Origin: Tubiluchus corallicola
Lineage: Eukaryota > Animalia > Priapulida
Assembly: GCA_030141605.1 (NCBI GenBank)
Contig: JAQGDQ010000168.1
Span: forward strand, 1 to 64,000
Direction of reading: 5' to 3'
DNA: 64,000 bases
The notes below the pieces were generated by a model. The model saw only the letters and a program-made list of their open reading frames with translations. It had not been told where the DNA came from and made no database searches. Positions 1-15,526 of this stretch are shown in pieces. Within the stretch, counting starts at the first letter, position 1, and every line of letters begins with the position of its first letter. Both the position numbers and the translations under genes were made by a program.

Positions 1-1170
1 AAAGCAAAAACAGTAATAACTCCTGAGCTTGAAACAGAAATGATGATATATGTAGATGATATTTTAGGGATGGGAGACGAAAATACAATTAAAAGAATGA
101 CTAAAAATTGTACAAAAACTGAAGAGTAAGAAAAAATTATGTTAAAAACACAATAAATGCAAACAAAGATGACTAGAAAGAAAATAACTCCCTCACTTAA
201 AGAAAAAAAAAATAGTAAAGGAGAAATTGGAGAAAAATAAAGCTATAAATACCCTGGTGATTGGCTAAATGAGAAAAACACCTATAAGACGTTAATTGAA
301 AAGCGAAAAGAGCAGAACAAATTTAAAATCAGCTATATTAACTCCATAGCAAAAATTAGTAAAGCAGGAATAATGTCAGTAGAAATAAAACTAAAAGTCT
401 ACAAATCACTTGCAATACCATCATTAATTTATAATTCTGAAACTTAGTCAAACATGAAAAAAATGAGCTTGATTAATTTCAAACAAATGGAAAGCATTCA
501 AGGCAAGTCAAGTCAATAAGAATTACGTTGGGAATGGCTAAAACTACAAGTTATAGGGGTTAGTATGAGAATTGGGAATATGGCCAATTGAAGAGCGTAT
601 TTGCTACACAAAATTTGTTTTACAGAATTCTTTTAATATCAGGAAGTGAAAAGTTAGCCAGCAAAGTTGTGGCACAGCAAACAACATATTGGCATGAGGG
701 TAATTGGTATAGTGAAATTGAAAAAATAGCAAACATTTATGGAATTACTATTAACAAGGAATATGTGAAAAATCAAAATAAATTAGAGTGGAAAAATATG
801 TAAAATTTAAAATAACATCTGTGATACGAGACATATGCAGTGAACATATAAATAAGAGCACAAAATTAATACTTCTGGAAATCAATAAATGGTTAAAGAA
901 CGATTGTTTTACAAAATTCAGTCATGTAGAAGTTAAAAATACTTTGGATTTAAGACTTAATATGGTCAAAATAAAAGCAAATTTCAAGGTTTCACTTATA
1001 AGAAATTTAATGTGCGCAATAGAGAATTAGACACGGCAGAATATTTGTTTATTTGTAGCAAATATAAAAGGATTAGAGAACATCTAGGCGAGGTCTCAAC
1101 AGAGGATGTTAAAAGCTGTTGTAGTGATATGCGAATGATTGTTTGTTTTATAGGGAAAGCATTTTATATG
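1..1170 (+). mobile_element. Decayed non-LTR retrotransposon (RT C-terminal part and downstream region)
   Basis: MMIYVDDILG (YxDD RT motif) at ~41-66, then frameshifted/stop-ridden YKYPGDWL.., ..KSLAIPSLIYNSET.. and LDLRLNMVKIKANFK segments. Confidence 0.75.
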
Positions 1171-1179
1171 GACGAATAT

Positions 1180-1630
1180 CTTAGCCAAGTATGGAACCCG
1201 CACTTTATCAAAGATATGAATCTACTTGAAAGTGTACAACAACGTACAGTCAACATGGTTGAAGGACTCAATGGGTTAACTTACGAACAGAAACTAAGAA
1301 AGAGAAACCTGCAGCTGTACAGACTCTTTATTAGAAGCATCAGTAGCACCAGAGGACACAGTTGTAAGGTCTATCAGAGAAGAGCCAACACTAATAGATG
1401 TCGACTTAGTTTTTCCAATGCTGAGATTGGTCTATGAAACTTGTTACCGGAACATATACTATAGTTAGTGCTGCAAATGTGACATGTTTCAAGAATAACC
1501 TTGACAAACACCTCTGTACAAGAAATCTCCTATTTTAATGCCACTTGGTGTGCTCGGAGATGGAGCATGTTACTGCACCTACACTAAGAACAGGTCAGAG
1601 CTCTGTAAGGTCTATTAGTATTACATAACT
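1180..1630 (+). mobile_element. 3' fragment of a CR1-like LINE
   Basis: VWNPHFIKDMNLLESVQQRTVNM, LTYEQKLR and TRGHSCKVY are typical CR1 ORF2 C-terminal motifs; stop at 1435 interrupts the W-N-x-L-P motif. Confidence 0.75.
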
Positions 1631-2210
1631 CATTTGCCATAAATATATATAGTCATGAGAGCCAAGGATTCAATACAAAGCGTGCTCACAAACTGCTGAG
1701 ATTTTGATGAAGTAAATGCAGAGGAATAATAAAAGTTATACATTCTTGAAGGACCCCTGCAATCGATTTCATCGTTTGCCCATACAAGTGGAGAGGGGTG
1801 CGAAAAATCACAAACCAGTGCTGAAAGCAGGCCCACTACAAGTCCAGCTTAGCTGTCTTTAGTTTGGATAACATTCCACTTTATACAAAGTTTGCAAAAT
1901 TGTTCACAAATTTTATTATAAAAATATACCTTTGCATTATGATTTCACTAATATTAATACCAATAAACCGCAATCCTTAAAACGTGCACAGAGACTTCAC
2001 AAACAACGCTTCCAAAAATGGTGGACATGTTGGAACTCCCACAATGCAAAGCATTTGCTTTCTGCGCCACCTCCTGCAGAGTTTTCACATTACTGATTAT
2101 GTGATTTTGTGTGCTGCAAAATGTACATGTGGCACGAACTTTTCGGAAGCAATGGAAATTTTGTCGTTTTTGAAGATAAAGTACTTTAACGTAATATGAT
2201 TTCGTGAAAG

Positions 2211-5200
2211 ATGAAGCTGGATCAAGCAAACTCGCTGCCAATGGCTCCTAATGCACTGTGCTTCAATAAGGATGAATTTATGAAGGTCTAAAATTTCACC
2301 ATTTCTATCGGAATTTACTGATTAGTAAACTAAAGAGATTAGCATCAGAGGTACTCGAAATGCAAATAAACAGTGCACATGAAAGGTCATGGTATAATGA
2401 AGTAGTTGAGGCTGCAAAAAATATACCATAGATGCTAATAAAGAAATGGTGAAGATCATGAAAAAAGTCTGATTGGAATAAAGAATAAGATTGAATGTTT
2501 TATCAAGAATGAATGTGCAGAAAAATGCAGGAGCAGCACTAAATTAAAATTTTCAAGGCATACCGAGTGGAAATGACAAGATTACATAGATACATGCAAG
2601 CCAGAAGAGGTTAAAGATATATTGAAAATAAGACTGAATATGATTAAAGTTAAAGGAAACTACAAGAATGAGTTTAAGGATCAGTTATTATGCCCAGTGT
2701 GTGGGGAAGATGATGATACTACTGATGCTTAAATGTGACAGATATGGAGAATGGAAAAAAAATTTGAACTCAGATATATTAATGAACAGTGAAAAGGAAG
2801 GATTGCTAGAAAATAGAAATCTAGTGAACGAATGCATGGAATACAGGATGAAGACAAATAAAGACATTAAACTGGGAAAAGGCAACTAAAAGATCAGCAT
2901 TATAGAAAAATAGACTTTGCACCCTATAAAGGTGCCCGCCTCTGATAGGTGGAGAGAGTCGAGTATCGCAGTCGCAACCACTGTATTGTATGTAGTTACC
3001 TACATGATGCAGAGTAATATGTGGGTTACATTTTGCCTTATCAGTTAGTGTTGCCTAATGCTTGCATATCAAGCCTTTTATTGTGCAAGATGAGGCATTT
3101 ATACTTAACTCCTACATGTGCTGTAAGCTGTAAGCTGCAAGTAAGCATAGTTAAAGTATGTTAAACCAATGTTACCAGATTGCTAGCTTTGGAGCTTGAG
3201 GTAGCTGTTATTGTATGCCTATAACGCAGAGTGTACAGTACACTCCCATTTATTAAATTATCTGCACAGTTGAACTGATAATTTTAGTATTATATTTTTA
3301 AAAGTGCTAAGTTTTTGGCTACAATCTGCTACAAGCTTTTTTTATTCTGATGCTCATAAGGAATTAAAGAAAACCATTTCATGTTTGTCACTCATACATT
3401 GGCCTACATATAAAACAGCTCCTTTACAGATGTAGTAATTTTACAAGGTGTTTTCAATTTCCATATATACTAACAGTTACTGTGGCAGGTGCTGACATGT
3501 AGACCTACCCTACCATTCATTATAGAATAATTATTAGTGAATAACTTCTCTCATTATGGCTATAATGATTAAATAATGACTAGTTTTTAACTGTGGTTAA
3601 CATAAAATATTGTATTATTGACGAAAAACTCTGTTATACTCTGCACTGTCTTTTGTAGAAGTAATATGAGAAAGTAGCCGAATTGCAGGATTACAATACC
3701 AATACAACAAGATAGCTTATTTCTTGTAAAAAACTGTGAAATGTCAGCCTGTCATATTTTAAAGGACTTACATATTAGTTTGCTATCGAGTCACAGTACC
3801 AAGGATGTAAAACGAACTTCAAAAAAATAATCTGCAAACTGAGATTGCTTGCACTTTAGACAGTAGAATAGATTCTTCTATGTATAGAGTTGTGTAGATG
3901 TTTACATTGCATCATAAATCCGTACTTCTTGCAGGATGGGTTCAGCGTTGATGAGTTCGTTAGCACTTGCAGAAAGCAAGTGCAGCTGGAGCAACTACGT
4001 GACGATCTCGGGATTTACCTTAAGGTGCTGCGCTCAGCAATGATTGAACTCATCAATAAAGATTACGCAGATTTTGTCAACCTTTCAACAAACTTGGTAA
4101 GACTTGTTCTTACTTAGATTAAGAACATATTAAGCAAACTTTTAGAGCAACTGTAAGGCCAGACTTAATGATCAGCAAAATACTATTCTTTACTACTGGC
4201 ATTTTTTGCTGCATTACTGCAGAACACAATTCCCCATGGGTATGACCGTGTGATTTGTTTTGGTTTATTTTTTATTTTGTTTCAACTGTGAAATCATAGT
4301 GCTGGAAGGACGGAAACTGAAAGTGATTGGCCTAACTTGTGAAGCATTGTGCTTTATGAATCAGCTACTTAACAAAACTCTTTACATTACACTGATGCAT
4401 GTCGTGTTCACTGTGCTGTTTATGTAGTCATCGTCATCACGTTTATCGTAATCATATCAATGATGCAATGCTGTTTTTGAACATTACCTTCGAAAAGAAG
4501 TCCGAAAAGTGTTCTGGAAAATGTCTAATAATGCATTTCAGTAGCAAATTTGTCACATAACATCATCCCGTGCTAAAGGAGCATTTTTTTGTGATAGCTT
4601 GATATCAATTGCTGGTAAGTAAATAAGTGCGTGACCACAGTAAAAGTTGTATATGTTGTGCATTTTTGTTGGCACACTGACCACTGACCTACCTTTGAGG
4701 ACTTTCCTTGTATAATGACAAAGTTCTGATCTTACCGCAATCCCTTTACATTAGTAGTGGGCCATGCAGGTTAGGTTCTTCTGGATTCCAGCTTTGAAAG
4801 TAGTGAGCTGTTTTAATTTAATGAAAAGCTGTTCTGTAGTTAATTGGTTTGTTTTATATATTGATTAATTAATAGTGTTTTTCATTCCCATTTCAGGTTG
4901 GTTTAGATAAGGCAATTAAAAATTTATCAATTCCGCTCGAAAATGTGAAGGCACAAGTTACGGTGAGTGTGAAGTTTGAGCTCTCTGTGAGAAAATGATA
5001 CATTCTGGTCTAAACAAGTGAGGTGTTATTTAGCAGAACAGTATTTTGTTTTGTACTATATTGTTGTAACTTTTATGCTTTGTTAAAACAAAACTGCGAC
5101 TGCTTTAAAGCAGGTCTGAAGCCTAAATATGATTGGGATAAAAATGTAGTTTAAACATTGCTGATAACTATGTCATATTTAAAAAGTGACGAAAAGTGAA

Positions 5201-6136
5201 GACATTCAACAATACATGTGCGTATGTGGTAAAACACAAATAAAAGTGCTGCTGTATCAGAATTTTTCTCGCTGAATTTACGCAAATTACATGAAACTAT
5301 GTATCACAGACTGTCTAGGCTAACCTTGGGATACCTCAAGTAGGAGGTTATCAATTTACTTATTAAACTGCATGGAAACTATGAATCCAGCATTGTATAG
5401 TGTTCCATGGACTGTATGAACAATGTAATGGTGAGGAGTACTTCTTCGAATCAAATCTGTGATCTAAAAGTAAATATTATTATATGATAGTTTAATTAGA
5501 TGCTAGCCGCAACTTTCTTGGTTAATACACGTACAGCAATAAAGATAATTAATACTAACCATTTTAAAATCATATATAGTTGTAGTAATGGCTAAAAATA
5601 AAAAACAACATGAAAGCCAGCAAACTCCATCATTCAGCCCCATACAGTTTTCTCTTCAGTCACACCTATGCATAAACTATACCCTTACAATTTTTTTATT
5701 GAAAAAAAGATCATTCTTTTGAGCAGAACAAGGCAGTCCTGCCGATGAGATATTTAAAAAGCAGGAATGATCAGAAATATACAAATATAACCATGCTACA
5801 ATAATAAAACAGCGCGGCTTGAGATACCGGTGACGTCATGCTAAAACTTCTGCATGCCGTACCTCATTACTAAAATTTTTAGTCAGTCGCATATAGCGGA
5901 TTGAAATGTTCAAGGACAAAAGACTGATTTGAGCTTAACATTAAAAACTCTTCAGCTCTGCTTTAAACGAAATCAAAGCTTAAATGATGTAGCTTTTGCT
6001 GTGTTTAGGATGCACACTTGTCTGTAACAGACTGTATCAATCTCATCGAAGAAAAGTTGAAGAAAAGAGCTGAAATTCGTCAAAAAAAGGTATATATGTT
6101 ACGTCAAGTGGTGTTTAATTCTTATTGGGTTTATTG

Positions 6137-6173
<37 letters not shown>

Positions 6174-9100
6174 TGAAATAGTTTCATGTACTATATGCTG
6201 CAGTAGTGAGCTGTTTAAACTTAAGCGTTGGGTATATCAGAAATGGTACTTTTTCTTTAGATAACTGATTGCTTGCATAGTTAGCATAACTAAGCATATC
6301 AGAGTGTTTCTGCTCATTTAAAAAAAATTGAAAGATAAGTGATGCTGTTTGTGAGTCGTTCCTCATTTCTTTAACCTGAACTGTCTTCGTTGCTTAGGCT
6401 TACTTGCTGGATCTTATGAGCATAATCGAATCGGTAGAGAAAATAGAACGACTGCTTAATATTCCTGCAGATGGCAGCAAAATTGACTTGGAAGCGCAAG
6501 CAGGGTAATTTTCTTTTTAGTTGTTGTGTTAGTTTTTTCTGTTTTGCACGAAACTTGTCAAAACGGTAGATCCTCATTTAAAGTGAATGATGCTGAGGTA
6601 TAATCAACTTGATTTACATGATCCATGTTGCACCTGGAAAGCATTCTAATGAGGGCTTACTATACTAAAGGTGAAAAGGAGTTAATCCTTAAAACTGGTT
6701 TCTTGAATATGTGGATACTGTGCTGGTGCCTTTATTGTTCATTTTTTAAGTCTTGGAACCAATGTTAAAAACATCAACTTTAACATATGTTGTATTAATG
6801 GTCTTTTTTTCTTGTGCTTAACAAACATGGCTTTTGCTTGTGTTTTTATTGCTACTACATTTGTTGAAGGCCACTCGATGGACAGTTGATAGAAAGGGTA
6901 GCTACAGAATTCAACCAACTACAATATCATGTTATGAAGAGTAAGGGTCATAGGCTTGTTGAGAAAGTTAAACCGGTAAGTAATAGCATATTGTTAATAA
7001 TTATAAGTAGCTAATTATTATCCTTATCCACTGGATAGGTCGAGAGTGTCTGTTTGAAACTTTATCACTCTGATAGCAGTGCTGAAGAGCTGGTAAGAAC
7101 AATTTACTTAGCAATAAATATTTTCAATTTTTGTGTTTATCAACTTTATAACATGTTGTGCCGTTAATTCTCTGTCTAGTTCTTCTTTGTGTCGATCAAT
7201 ATTCTGTGTGCTAGCTATAGTTATTAGCTGTTTAATTTAGATGACAATTGGATTATATGTTCATTTCATTTTCATTTTATTGCAGATTTTGTATTTTGTA
7301 GGATCACTTGTGTTTCTTATTTTGCACTGTAATATAATACTACTTTATTCATTTAACCCATGTCTGTTTATTTTCAAGTTTTCTTTTGTAACTAGTGGTT
7401 AGCTTTTATTATGTTTAGTCACATAGTTTCCCAATTTCTGCATACCTGTAATACATATGTATGAATGATGCCAAATTAATCGTATCAGAAGCAAAATTTT
7501 ATGTCTGATTTTGTCCAACTCGATTATTCACGGTTTTAATTTTTTGTTTAATAATAATCACCTTGGTTGCACTTAATTTAGGAATTACATTTTATTTCTG
7601 ATATAAACAAAATTAGATTTTTAAAGCCATGCCATGGCAGAAACTTCTTTAGAAGAAATTTACTAAGCTGACCAATATGATGAACTCCTAGAGTATGTAC
7701 AAATGAGATTTAAGTTCACTTTTAATACTTATTATAATGTAAATACATTTCTTCTTAGAAAATCATGCAGATCACATCTGTCCTGCAGTACAGCTTGGAG
7801 CAGCAGTTCACAGAAGGTCTGGAGGAAGGAAATTTGAACACGCTCAAGCAGTGCTTACGCACTTATGCCACCATCGATAAAATTCGTGACGTGGAAAACC
7901 TGTTCCGCCAGAACTTTGTCCGTCCTTATATGGAATCTGTAGGTTACTTTCATAGTGATTTTAGGTTATCTGTAATATGTGAAAGGATTGCTCATGTTTT
8001 TATGAACTGCTATAGAAAGAAATGAACAGTTTAGCTCAACGTGTAGCAACCAAGCCGTTAGGTAGCAACACTAGTCAGTATTAAGTTTTAAAGTTCAATA
8101 CATCAATGGTGGACCTTGGTACAACTAATGAAAGTGGTTAGCGAGAAGCACTACATTGGCAGCAGGGTCTGAGTGTAATGCTTGGAGGATTGGGAGATTG
8201 TAACCAGTATCCTTTAATGCTGCAGTTATTGTAATTGCAGCTTATAGGATAAAAGAGAATAATCAGTAGTTGAAGTATTATTCTTTCAACAACTATGCTT
8301 GAAAATTTGAAAATGCCCTATTTGCTTTTGAAAGAAGAAGTGGATATTATGTGCTTGTCTCAGAATCAAGTACTCTTAATTAATTCATAATGACAAATAT
8401 TAATAATAAGCATTTATAACATTTGAGCAAAGCTTTGAATTTAACCTGTTTTCCACCAAACACAAATTGTTGCAACTTCTTTTAAGTCCTCATTTCAGCA
8501 GTATTTTCAGAATAAAAACGTCTGTCACAAAACCTCTGAATGTTCACATAAATATAAGTGAGTGTTTGAGATTAGCATGATAGTCAGTTTGCTAACATGT
8601 GCAGGCAAGGAATGGCATGTATTCATTATTTACGATTTTCTTTCAAGTACTAATCATTAGCAGTTAATTTGGGTGCAAATAAAAGTTGTCCCGTCACAGC
8701 AGACACAACTGATATGTTGTAGACCACTCATTCTATCTGCTGTAGCAACAAATGATAAACAGACAGATAGGCAGCATACAAACTTTCCTGTTAATTGTGT
8801 TACAAACTTTGATTCTGCAATAACTATTTTCAGGTTATAACCGAGGACAATGTGGGGTCTTCGGGCATCAGACTTGAAGCCACATTTCAAAAAGTTTTGG
8901 ATTTCATTCCCATTCGCTGTGAAAAATTGTTACTGGTTTCATCAACAACTAAAAGGTAGGCTTAGTGTAGGCTGACAAATGTGTTTACTTAGGTCAGATA
9001 GAGAGGGTTATATATATGCTTCACACGAATAGAGGTGTCTTACCTTTTACTGTCATTATTGATGCTTGAATGGATAATTCAAAATTTTCTGATTTCTTTT

Positions 9101-12100
9101 TTGTTGTCAAGCTGGCTTGAAATCCCATTCTGATTAGCTGTTATTACTCCAATTGCTAATCGGACTTGGTATTACTTAACCACTGTCGCCAAGCACATAT
9201 GCTGTGACTGTAAGCTATTGATTATACACTCACCTCACAAAGGCAATACAGTTTCTTAATAAACATTGCACAATATTTTTTACCAAATTGGCCATGTTTG
9301 TTTATTTAGTTTTAGGACTTTTTTAATTTTGCAGTGCTGATATAGTGCAAGGCTATGATTTCCTTGTGAATTCTGTGTGGCCAGAAGTTGTAATTTGCTT
9401 GGAGTCGCGAACACCATCCATCTTTGCACCAGGTGATCCTGATGTTTTCCACGAAGTACGTATTTTGTTATTAGTTTTTGAAGGTTAATAAAATTTAGTG
9501 CATAGTAGGAGTTAGTTTTGGTTTTTTAATTCTGTGAGGCTTGTGCCCTTTTTACCTTTATGTGTCTTCTGACAACTGCTTTGTTAGTGGGTATATTGAA
9601 AACAACTGATTCTTCCTTGATTATATGAATTTTGTCGAACATTTATTTGTACAGTAGGCACCGCTTAATAGACTCACAGTTAAGACTCAATCACTTATTT
9701 GATTCAAAAACGTCTGGTAGGGGCCGCTTCTATTCAAATGTACATAAAAACTGTTGGTAATTGACTCAAATAACCATAGACATAATAGGACATTTTTATT
9801 TGCCCAAAGAACCTTTCCTACTTTTATGTCATCTTTACTTGGCTTTTGTGCTCTATAATATACGTAGAAACAATCATATTAAGTACTGTTTTGTTTGTAA
9901 GCAGGTACTGTTTATTATGCATTAATACACTAGCATAGCGGTTTTGCTTTGAATGTGTTACCTGCATACATACATACATCATACAGCAAATAAGAGCAAT
10001 GAGTTAAGAAGTTTGAAAAATGCAGCAAAAGCATAAATATCTAACAGTTAAGGAGAAAGCTCTAAGTGCCGAATGTATTATAAGAATACATGCATTACAC
10101 AGCAACAGATTTTCAATGTTTTTATAATTATGAGAACTTTGTGAGCCAACTTCTGCACGAGAAAACGAAGCAGCCGACTTTGAAAGAATTTTTGTAATTT
10201 TTGCAAATAAACAGGCTTGTGTAATTTAGAAAAATTGTACTTTTTAATTTATTACTAATTTACTTAGATAAATTAATATTTTAAAGTACATTTTTAAAAA
10301 AAATTTAACGAAGGAATTTAGGCATTACTTATTTTTTAAGATTCATTAAAAACCTTTGCAGTGCATACTAAGCTGATGACTCATACTTCTGTACCACTAA
10401 CACTACACCCATCGGTTAATAGGTTCAGTCGCTTAATGGGGTCAAAACACTTCGGTCCCAAAGTGAGTCTATTAACTGGCATCTACTGTACATCTTAGTA
10501 TGGTTATATTTTAAAGTACTTTGTTAGCAGTTACTGTTCGCTGTTGTAGAATTTTAAAATTTGTATTAGTGCAGTCTTCAGTTTTTAGCTGTATTATTTT
10601 TTCGGTGATTCCTTCTGCCCATTGCAGGGATGAGATTAATATGTGGGGTTATTTGTACCTAAGAAAAGATGCAAAGCACTTTCAGAATTCGCTGCCCGGT
10701 GGATTACTTTTAACACGTTGTGCTCTGTAAACATTTTCTGAATTGGCAATGTAAGTGTTAATATTTTATTTTTTTCAGAAATATTGCATTAGCATGAAAT
10801 TTCTTGAAGAGTTTGAATCTAAGTGTGAAACTCAGTCTAGTGTTAAAAATCTTCGTGCGCACCCTAGCTATGGAACGTTCATGAACAAATGGAGCTTACC
10901 TGTTTACTTTCAGATCAGGTGATTCTTTTGAGTTCGCAGGAACATGGTAGAAATACTTCTGTTGAGTTATGTGTGTTCTATTGTGTGTTCGAAATAGTAA
11001 GGTCTGTCTGTTAAACCTATGCTGTTCCATCATAAGTAATAAAAGAATAATGGTAGTAAGTTAGTACAGTTCTCTTGTAAAAATAAATCTGGGTTTCTTA
11101 TAAAAACTGTTAATTTTATGATAACACTTTTTTGACTAACAAAAGTTTTTTTGCTTTCAAATTGTAAGTAGATCTGTGGCCCTATGCCAAGTTTCACTGC
11201 TTTTGTAAACACTACTAAACATCGGAATGACAAAAAATGGGCTTACATAGCGATAATATCAGTATCTTAAATGTTCACGTTGGTGAAGAATATTAAATTC
11301 TTTTTGACTGAAAATAGCGGTATAATTTGTCGTTTAAGGGGTAAAAAAGTAATTTGTTTCATTAGTTATTATTGCACTTCTGTGTGTCAGAAGATTTGTC
11401 CAATGAATGTTAAGATGATAAGCACATCTTCATGGTACTTCCGACTAAAAATTACTTTTGCAATCTGTCAAGTAAAGTCTCAGTATTTGCTACGCCAACA
11501 TTAAATTTCTACTTTGCTGAGAAACCTGTTCTTTTTCATTTTCAAACGCTGTATTTTTACAATGTTGACTCTAAATGTTGAAACCAACCATTATTCAAAG
11601 CCAATGATATCTTTAAAGTTGAATTTTGTCAAATGCTCTAATATTTTTCTCAGATTTCAAGAAATTGCTTCCACATTTGAGAATGCACTTTGTACACCAT
11701 TTGAGCAAAGCAAAGGTTAGTTTTTTGACATATTTGTATTGATAAACTTTTGGCAAATTCATGAGTATGAAATTAATATCTAGAAAAACTTTTTTCTTGT
11801 ATCATCATTGAATATAACTACCTTCTCACAACTTGTACTTGTATCCGGGTTGGTGTTCAGTCATCATGGAAATATCTATTTTGCACTCTAAACGTTGATT
11901 TTCTTGTTTAGGTGATCCCACATTTCATCTAACAGTGACAGTAGAACTGTGGTGTGCTCTTTGTCAGTGTTGGGATGCAAATATCTATCTGCCTGCTCTA
12001 TGTCATCGATTTTGGCAGTTAACACTCCAATTATTAACAAGATATAATACGTCACTGAATGAATTACAAGAGGTACTTTTTACGTAGTACGCTTGGATAG

Positions 12101-15100
12101 AGCATAGAGTGTACGTGTTACATGGTTGCAGTAGTACAGTGAATGTGTTACATCTGTACAGCATACAGTGCATAGCGATGGCATAGCAGTACAGCAGTGT
12201 AGTTATGGAATATACAGTAGTCGCCGCTTAATAGACTCACTGTTAATGGTCTCATTCGCTTAATTGACTCAAAAATGCTTGGAACGGGCCGCTTCTATTC
12301 AAATATACATAAAAACTATCGGTAATTGACTCTAACAGCTTCGCTTAATTCTCAATATTTTTCCTTCACATACTTAAAATAAGACATTTGTATGTGCCCA
12401 AACAGCCTTTCCTACTTTTATGTCATCTTTACTTCCCTTTTGTGCATTATATATGTAGAAACGATCGTGTCAAGTACCGTTTTGTTTGTAAACAGGTACG
12501 TTTATCATGCGCTAATATGCTAGCCTATTGATTTCCTTTGACCTACCTGTCCAATGCAAGTAACCTCATTACCCAAGAAATCCTGAAAGCTAAACATTTT
12601 ATCACTTGCTTAGCGGTTTGCTTTTGAAGCTCTGGCTGTCTTTGCCAGAAAGTTTAATCAGTTAGATGTTGCTGCTATGCTAGGGACCACACGTGCAGTA
12701 CAGTAAGTCATCACAATTATAGCAAGAGGAGCTTAGGCGAAACTACAGATGAAGCTACTTGCGGGGAAACACAGGCACCACCAACATTTGTGCATCATAC
12801 AGCAACAGATTTTCGACGTTTTTATCATTATGAGAACTTTGTGAGCCAACTTCGCAATGAAGCAGCCGACTTTGAAGGAATTTTTGCAAATAAACAGACT
12901 TGTGTGATTTAGAAAAGTATATTTTTTAATTTATTGTTAATTCATTTATATAAATTAATATTTTAAAATATTTTTTTCTAATTATTAACTGCACAAAGCA
13001 ATCTAGGCAGTACTTCGTTTCTAAAATTGATTAAAAGCCTTTGCAGTGCATAATAAGCTGATGACTCATACTTCTATAGCAGTAATACTACACCCATTGG
13101 TTAATAGGTTCAGCTGGTTAAATGGATCAAAACACATCGGTCCCAAAGCGAGTTTATTAAGCGGCAACTACTGTATTGGCATAGCAGTAAAGAGTACAAG
13201 TAACTCGAGTGCGGCAATACAGATTACATGTACCGTGGGTGCGGTGGTGCAGAGCATGTTAAGAGGGAAAAATAGTGCTGCATACACATTATATGGGTAG
13301 AGTGCATGCTGCAGCGTACATTTTATATGGCAAAGTGTAACAGTGGGTACATTTAAATCGATAGTGGATACTGCAATACAGTATGCATGTTACACATGTA
13401 GCAGTATGGCGTACATATTACACTGATACATCACTACAGTAAGGCTGTTGTAGTTATAATAGTACAGTCTGCATGCTATATATGTGCAGCAGTATAGTAT
13501 ACATGTTTTATGTGTACAGTATACATGGTACATGTGTACAGCAGTACATTTTGAGTTTTGCTAATTGTTGAGAAGAATTCTCTCTACTTGCCCTTTAATC
13601 CAAGATTATACTTATTTAGATCTGCCTGTAAGACTTGGCTTCATTATATATGTTTAGTAGGTCAGCCAATCAGAACTAAGCACGTTTTTTAGTTTACTCA
13701 TTGGAAGAGAAGAAATCTTTGCTTTCTTTGTAATGTTGATTTTTAAAATAACAGTTTTGTGATTACTGCAAAACCTTAATTATTATTGCTTTTCTGTTTT
13801 TCATCATTGTTTTATTGTAGCATCACCAAAAATATTTGCACATTTTTTTTATCAGATCTGCCATTAATATGGAAAGGGCGGGTAACTAGATAATAATCCA
13901 TTTTAGGCTTTGACCTTTCCTTATTGTACTCCATAATTATAACACTTTTCATTATATTACACTCATTTTTTCATTATTATTGTTAGTATTAGTATTATTG
14001 TTATGAAAAAATAAATACTCTATATTCTCTGTTATGTGTACAGCAACATAATGTATATGTGTGTGGGTACAGCAATACAGTGTGCACGTTACATGTGTAT
14101 GGTTCTGAATTATTGTTCTATAGCAGGGCATACCTATGATGTTGAATGGATGAGGTGATTATCAGAGATAGTTCTCTAAGATGAGACACTGACAGTGGTG
14201 TCTTGGTGAATATTGGATTCATGCTTATCATAAAAAAGTGTATTTTAATATCTTTGAAAACTTTTAGTTTTTTAGTGCAGACGGTATCTTCAAAAACTTT
14301 ACCACTTTTTGCATTGTAGTAACTATTTGTATAATGTCTTTGAGAGTGAATGTGATCCAGAAAATTTAGGTTTTACCGTTTCAATGTATTTTTTCAGTTG
14401 CATTCCAGCAAATCGGCACAGGCTGGAGCATCTGCTGATATAAGAACTGCAAGCCCCAGTCCCATGGGAAATGGACGACCACAAAACACAGTGGCATTTA
14501 ATATAAGAAATTATGCATTGCTGATTGCTGACACTGAAAAACTCCTGCGGAAGGTAAGTATTTTCTTATGTATGCAGTTCTAAATGTATGCAGTAACTCA
14601 TTATATAGCATGCAATAGCAAGGATGTTGATAAATAGTGGTAGGACCAGAGTAACATTTTTTCTAGGATATTCTTTTAAGATGTTGCATTAAACTTGCAG
14701 CTATTCACCTTTCTTGAAGTGCATAATACAAGAATAATTTGCCATGATTCATTTTACCCTTGGGTGTTGTACTTATTTTTATTTTTATGCAGTTTGCACT
14801 TTCGCAATACGTTAATTAAGTTGAATATGTTGTTGCAAGACCCAATGTTGTTGTGATAGACCCATTAGCTCATTATCAACTACAGAACCCACTTTGGGTC
14901 GTGATTTTTCTTGAACTTAGCTCAGTATCAAGGATAAATTAATTTTCTATAATGAGCTACTGAACCTGTTGATTTTATAACGATTATCTTCCCTCAGTGA
15001 GCTAAATAGCCCGACTGAAAAAAAGCAGATAAAATAATGTAGTAGCATTTTTTCCTACAATCACATATCCCCATTTCCTGAGCAAGCTTTGTACTGCATA

Positions 15101-15484
15101 ATTTGGCTTCAATCACTAAGTACACAATGTGGCCAGCCAGGTATTTTTCTTGTAAAATTACTAGTTACGGTTACAGTTTCTAATACTTTAATAGGTGCTA
15201 TGGCTTAGTTCATATACTGACACTGATATAGAGCAAAATGAAATTTCAAGACAGTAGGTAACTTACTTGGGAATTTTAGTTCGTGTCTTGTGTTGTAGAT
15301 TCCGGGCCTCTTTGACGAGAAAGTTAAGCCAAAATTGGTGGAATTGAACTTTGAGAATACTTCTCTTTTAGAAGGTAATTCATGCCAAAAATGGCACATT
15401 GTTTTTGATGCTTTATTGTTCTTTCGTGATTTGCTACAAATTTGTTAGCGTGTGAAATATTTTTTCACTCAGCTCTATACATAT

Positions 15485-15526
<42 letters not shown>

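Noticed and set aside
1630-2241. Minus-strand ORFs 1630-1836 and 1954-2241 as a gene divergent from COG2
   Set aside because: No recognisable motif or consistent splice chain; overlaps the COG2 promoter and first exon
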